From a virus, in IMG/VR virus record IMGVR_UViG_3300023174_000067, positions 1-64,000 of that record: DNA of 64,000 nucleotides, one strand, 5' to 3'. The translations under genes were made by a program, and so were the position numbers. The stretch's first letter is position 1, and every line of letters starts with the position of its first letter. Shown here one piece after another: positions 59,259-64,000 of this stretch. The notes under the pieces were generated by a model. It did not search any database. It saw only the letters and a program-made list of their open reading frames with translations, and was not told where the DNA came from.

Positions 59259-62200
59259 TATAATAATTTATTTTTTCCGTTAAATACCGCTTTATCAGTA
59301 TTTGAATTACCTATTTTATATATGTTTTGTAACCTAACACTCTCATTTTGTGTAGTTCCGCTTGGAGCCGTTTCAAAAGTAAATTTTCTAACTTTTCCTT
59401 TAACAAAGGGATTCCAAGATTTATAATTTTGAGTATATCCGCTTGTAAATACTTTTAAAACATCTAATTCGTAATCATGTTCCCTTTTGTAATCCACTTT
59501 TTTAACATTAAAACTGGTATCAAAAACATTAGCCATAGTAAGACCATTAGCCTGTTCATTTTCAATTCCATTTAAAACTGAAGTCCTAAACGCATCAAAT
59601 TCTGTTAATATTCTTTTACTCATCATAGTATAAAATCTTCTTTCAGCTTTAGAACAGTCACTACATGATGGAAAATCAAAACCAAGACCGTCCGCCTTTG
59701 GTGGAAATTTAATATCATTGTTGTCAAAAGTAACATCTATTAATCCGTTTTCTTTTAAAAACTCATAATATGTTTTTAACTTATCTGAACCTGATTTATA
59801 ATCAGTTATTAATTCTCCATAAGTATCTCCTGAAGTTGTTGCCGAAGTAGAACCACTTTGTACTCCTGTTGTTGCAGATATATTATAAATTTCAGTACCT
59901 TGGTCTTGTTTTATGTAACCATCGTGTTTGGTATCAACAAAGTCTAATTTTCTCATTGTTAAAATTAAACTTTGCTCTTCTGTCACAAAATTAGATGTTA
60001 CTTGACTCAACGTGTTTCTAATATCTATGTCAGCTAAATCTACTTCATTAATTAGATTTGATTTTAATTTTAATATTGAAGATTGCGAAAATTCTTCTCT
60101 GTACACTTTTTGTAAAAATTCAAACCCTGGGTCAGTTTTACTTTTAACACTTCTTATATCTTTTTCAATTTCATTTCTTAATAAACCTAATTCTTTCTCA
60201 AATCTATCGGACTTACCCCAAAGTGACGTTGAATTTGGTGATGTAAATTCACAAGTTTTACCATCAGTATAATTTCTTTTAGCTGAAAATAAATTATAGA
60301 TTGGTAAATTATAATTTGTAATAATTTCATTTGTTTTACCATAAATTACATCAATATATGATTGACCTCCTCCATAAAATTCATCCATTATTTTTTGATA
60401 AGTAATTGTACCTGTGGTTCCACTATCAGTAACATTTTTCTCCTGAATAACACCTATTGTATTTCCACCTCCATTTTCAAGATTATTCTTAACATCATTA
60501 ACTCCAACTGTTGGTTGTTCATCTAATATAGCTTTAACTAAATCAGCATCGATTTTTTTAAAGGAATCATCAGTCCAATCCGCCCTTTCATCGTACATTT
60601 CAGTATTAGCGTAATAATTAAACGACAACGCATTTTGTAATTTATCAATAGGTCCTTTTAATCCTTCACCACCAACAATATCAAAAGATAAACTTATCTT
60701 AGCTATCATAGGTTGAACTCCAATACCTTCAGGGTTTAAATCAAAAATTAATGGGTCGTATGTTATTTGTAAGCTGTTTGGTATTATTTTAGTGTGGTAA
60801 AAATCACCAACTCTTAAAACTAAAACAGGTGGTGCACCAAAAGAAGTATTCACTGAATTATTATATTTTGGTTTTCCATCAATACCTATAACAGGTATTG
60901 TATCACCAGGTCTCATACATTGTTGTAAAAATGTTAATCTAGAATTTAATCCCTCAGGTGTTGTAGAATGAAATACTGGGTCAAAATATCTTATTTTTTC
61001 TTTAATTGAATCATAAATAAACGGATTATTTTCTTTTATTATTTCAAAATAATCACATTCAGATAAAATATATCTTAATATTTTTTTACTAATTCCATCT
61101 TTAATTTTTTGATTAGTTGTAATTGTTGGCGGTATGGGAACTCTTGGTTTATAACCTGGAGGAGTTTTAACTGTGTTAGATGTAATAGTACCTCCACCAC
61201 TTCCTGTAGCTCCCGCTCCATCACCATTTGGATTTTGTTTTTGTGGTTCGGGTTTGGTAACAATTACTTTTGAAATTGCGGTCCTTCTACAAGCCATTGC
61301 ATTAGGTGAATATATCTTATCATAAGGGGTTTTATTTGTATCATTATCAGTACAATTAAATCCCTGAGAAACTGTAACACCATCTGTTGTTTTTGGAGAA
61401 ACGGTAGCATCCTCACCTTGGGCCGCCCCGTTAGTTATTTTTAAACTACCATCTTTAAAATATTCACTTAATATACTAACATTTTTAATATAATTTTCAA
61501 TTGAATTAATTCTTCTTTTAGATAGATTAACATTATATGATTTAGTTGCGGGTGCAGATGCGCTAGCAGTTAATACTATTTCAACAGATGGTTTTGTTGT
61601 ATTTTGAGGACCAGCTTTAAAAGCCTTAAAAAATTCATCTATTTTTTTATAGAATTCTTCCGTTTTAGTATAGTTAAATTTAATAGTTGAAAAAAACTGA
61701 GATACTGCAGTTTTATTTGATGGCGTTGCCGCTCTTGTTAAATAAGTGGATTCCTTTCCAATATAATTATTATACAAGGTATTCCATTGTTGTGTAGTTG
61801 TTGTATTATTTGTATTAACACAATCAGGACAATCATTATCAAAATAATAAGCGTATCCTTCAAACGCTTTTAAATCAGGGACTTGAATATCACTTGTTTT
61901 AACATCTACTTTATCAGGAGTTGCCGTTGAGTTTGTAGTATTACTTCCACCTATTTCATCTCCAACAACTTTAATATCTTCTTGAGTTAAATAACCATTA
62001 TTCATAACATATTGTTGCATTTCATACAACTGGTTAGTTGGTATTGTATTCCATCTTTTAGCTAACTCATATATATCAAACTTTAAACATCCTGCAATAA
62101 ATGAACTAACAATATCATTAACTCTTTTAACGTTTGATTCGTTTTTTAATTCTTTTTGTGCTATTGTATTTAAAATTGATGGATGGTCAACAACTATTTT

Positions 62201-64000
62201 CCAACTTAATGTACCACTTCTTTTAGTACTTTTGTAAGTATAAACAGGTTCAGGTCTTCCAAGGAAATCTTGAGGTGTGAAAGATGGTGATGATGATTCA
62301 TTAAAACTTATATCATACGGTGGAAACCACATAATTCTACCACCATTAGGACCTCTTTCACATTCAGGTAAGTCATTATATGTAAATCCTGGTCTATTTG
62401 AAGTCCTCCAAGCTAAATTTTCTACTGAGAACATATATTTTTTAACCTTACCATTAACAATATTTGTTGAGCCAGGATTTTTTGTTGGTGTTATATTTAG
62501 ATTATATGTGTTATCTAAAATAGAATATCCAAATTTTCTAATATTTCCATCTGTTTTTTGTAAATCCGCAAACGTTAAATATGGAGTGTCTTTAGTAAAA
62601 ACTCTACAATAAACATTAGTAGATTCAAATGAGTTTTTAGTTTTATTACTATATTCAACAACTTTAGAACCTTTTGTTATTTCTTTATACCCATCATTAA
62701 AAACTTTACTCAATTGATTAATCGCATTACCAGCATGTGATAATCTTTTAGAACCGTTTGGTGTCGAATCAACAATCCTTTGTGTTTGGTCTAATATGGA
62801 ACTTTGTTTAAAATCATAGTTTTGAGAATCATAAGTTTCTAATTCTGATTTTACTAAATTAAATTGACCATCTTCTTGTGTATATTGGTCTCCTCCAACA
62901 GTAGCTTTAAATCCTGGATTGTTATATTTTGGTGATGTCCAAACTAATCCTCCTGTTACTCCTCCTCCATCACTTGGAGATATTCCATTTAAACCAAAAT
63001 TAAATGTTAACCCATTTTCATATTGATTAGCAACTTCAGTTGGTCCATATACAGGAGCTTTAACTTCAAGTCCCCAAGGATTTATTGGTACTTCTCCTGA
63101 TGGTGATGTAATTCTACCTGGGTCTAAATTTTTACTTCCAACATAATAACCTCCCCTTGTTGGTAAATCCAATAAACTTCTAATTCCACTTCTTACTATA
63201 TCACCAACCTCACCTAATAATGATTTATCATAATCGGGAGAATATCTATTAAATCCTAATTGATAATATAATTGAGCCTTTTGTCCTTCTCCTGTATAAT
63301 CTAAAAATAATTGAGACGGTGATTGTTCATGTAAAAATCTACCAAATAATTTACCGATTGCAGTATCTCTAGGGTCTTTACCTCCTGAAAATGCCGAAGA
63401 TATTTGACCAAATAAATTTAAACTTTGTGAGTTATCTATAAAATAATTTCCAGGTATTACTGAATTTGGTATATAAACGCCTTCAAGTCTATTACTAAAA
63501 TCCATTGACGCCGTTTGCGGACTATTTGGTCTTGTAATACCCCAATCTCTTTCAATCAATGGAGTCTTACCTTGTAAAATTTGAGTTGCTTGGTCTGAGC
63601 TTCCAATTGCCGAAGTTAAATTAACAACACCTAATGTGTTCTTCTTTATTTTAACACCGATTCTATCTTGAAAATATTTTTTTAATGTTCTAGCACCTAT
63701 TTGAGCAATAAAAGAATCTTGTTGTAATGTACCATCACTACCTGTTGGATTTTTTTGAAATAGTATTTGGTACGGTGTATATGTTGAGGGTACAAAACTT
63801 AATGGTTCTGCGTATTGTTTAAATGTTGGTACTCTTTGAGTATTATTAATTGATACTAATTGTATTGTTTCTTGTGGAGCATACTTGTTTTGAGTGGGTA
63901 TATGTTTTTCAATTGGTTCACTTAACTTAGGTAAGTTACCAACAAATGATACACTATATGGTCCTAAATTGGATTTTGTATTGGCTAACCCTCCAACATC
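59258..64000 (-). CDS. Large tail-tube-initiator-like protein with inserted OmpA-like domain; 5' end outside the window
   Basis: Frame is open from 63559 to the window edge (147 extra codons, no stop); FLGRPEPVYTY...RSGTLSWKI and PPVLVLRVGDFY...SLQITYD tube-fold motifs; NVNLSKRRINSIENYI. Confidence 0.7.
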   Translation of the reverse strand, partial: DVGGLANTKSNLGPYSVSFVGNLPKLSEPIEKHIPTQNKYAPQETIQLVSINNTQRVPTFKQYAEPLSFVPSTYTPYQILFQKNPTGSDGTLQQDSFIAQIGARTLKKYFQDRIGVKIKKNTLGVVNLTSAIGSSDQATQILQGKTPLIERDWGITRPNSPQTASMDFSNRLEGVYIPNSVIPGNYFIDNSQSLNLFGQISSAFSGGKDPRDTAIGKLFGRFLHEQSPSQLFLDYTGEGQKAQLYYQLGFNRYSPDYDKSLLGEVGDIVRSGIRSLLDLPTRGGYYVGSKNLDPGRITSPSGEVPINPWGLEVKAPVYGPTEVANQYENGLTFNFGLNGISPSDGGGVTGGLVWTSPKYNNPGFKATVGGDQYTQEDGQFNLVKSELETYDSQNYDFKQSSILDQTQRIVDSTPNGSKRLSHAGNAINQLSKVFNDGYKEITKGSKVVEYSNKTKNSFESTNVYCRVFTKDTPYLTFADLQKTDGNIRKFGYSILDNTYNLNITPTKNPGSTNIVNGKVKKYMFSVENLAWRTSNRPGFTYNDLPECERGPNGGRIMWFPPYDISFNESSSPSFTPQDFLGRPEPVYTYKSTKRSGTLSWKIVVDHPSILNTIAQKELKNESNVKRVNDIVSSFIAGCLKFDIYELAKRWNTIPTNQLYEMQQYVMNNGYLTQEDIKVVGDEIGGSNTTNSTATPDKVDVKTSDIQVPDLKAFEGYAYYFDNDCPDCVNTNNTTTTQQWNTLYNNYIGKESTYLTRAATPSNKTAVSQFFSTIKFNYTKTEEFYKKIDEFFKAFKAGPQNTTKPSVEIVLTASASAPATKSYNVNLSKRRINSIENYIKNVSILSEYFKDGSLKITNGAAQGEDATVSPKTTDGVTVSQGFNCTDNDTNKTPYDKIYSPNAMACRRTAISKVIVTKPEPQKQNPNGDGAGATGSGGGTITSNTVKTPPGYKPRVPIPPTITTNQKIKDGISKKILRYILSECDYFEIIKENNPFIYDSIKEKIRYFDPVFHSTTPEGLNSRLTFLQQCMRPGDTIPVIGIDGKPKYNNSVNTSFGAPPVLVLRVGDFYHTKIIPNSLQITYDPLIFDLNPEGIGVQPMIAKISLSFDIVGGEGLKGPIDKLQNALSFNYYANTEMYDERADWTDDSFKKIDADLVKAILDEQPTVGVNDVKNNLENGGGNTIGVIQEKNVTDSGTTGTITYQKIMDEFYGGGQSYIDVIYGKTNEIITNYNLPIYNLFSAKRNYTDGKTCEFTSPNSTSLWGKSDRFEKELGLLRNEIEKDIRSVKSKTDPGFEFLQKVYREEFSQSSILKLKSNLINEVDLADIDIRNTLSQVTSNFVTEEQSLILTMRKLDFVDTKHDGYIKQDQGTEIYNISATTGVQSGSTSATTSGDTYGELITDYKSGSDKLKTYYEFLKENGLIDVTFDNNDIKFPPKADGLGFDFPSCSDCSKAERRFYTMMSKRILTEFDAFRTSVLNGIENEQANGLTMANVFDTSFNVKKVDYKREHDYELDVLKVFTSGYTQNYKSWNPFVKGKVRKFTFETAPSGTTQNESVRLQNIYKIGNSNTDKAVFNGKNKLL

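Noticed and set aside
2262-62612. Short ORFs in the track nested in or antisense to long genes (e.g. 2812-3072, 7266-7565, 43578-43838, 62277-62612)
   Set aside because: They overlap well-supported long ORFs, have no recognisable motifs, and many are simple antisense shadows
1-64000. Stop-codon reassignment, as seen in some large phages
   Set aside because: Coding density is near complete in the standard code, and TAA, TGA (8566, 49577) and TAG (47739) all end genes at sensible positions
39159-64000. Bacterial chromosomal contractile injection system, or a eukaryotic giant virus
   Set aside because: Baseplate genes are interleaved with phage-type SSB, UvsX/RecA, helicase and exonuclease; no bacterial housekeeping context and no NCLDV core genes were recognised
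1-64000. tRNA or other structured RNA genes
   Set aside because: Intergenic gaps are short (about 100 nt or less) and AT-rich, with no cloverleaf or T-loop signature seen

Overview
A 64 kb segment of an AT-rich, large (jumbo-type) myovirus-like phage genome in the standard genetic code. All but one credible gene lie on the minus strand. Reading in the direction of transcription (right to left): a tube-initiator-like protein carrying an OmpA-like insert, a gp53/LysM-like protein and a giant hub protein; then a replication block (gp32-like SSB, RecA/UvsX, 5'-3' exonuclease, DnaB-like helicase, class II ribonucleotide reductase) with two inserted cassettes (GT2 + 30-aa peptide + LpxH-like phosphoesterase, and a PAS-PAS-2TM protein); then gp25, a gp6-like wedge and further baseplate genes; and finally about 25 kb of Cys-rich modular fibre/adhesin genes (SprB, LRR, DUF285, SHAEG beta-roll and PA14-like modules joined by Thr/Pro linkers). 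The best candidate for an undescribed system is virion protein O-glycosylation. A glycosyltransferase resembling plant protein O-glycosyltransferases (HPAT GT95 / SERGT1 GT96) sits in the middle of the mucin-like fibre genes, and a [S/T][G/A]xT tetrapeptide is strikingly frequent across unrelated structural proteins but nearly absent from the replication enzymes. A shared ~70-aa N-terminal module, also encoded as a stand-alone gene, suggests a modular or branched fibre-docking architecture. All family assignments come from motif recognition by eye, not from database searches.
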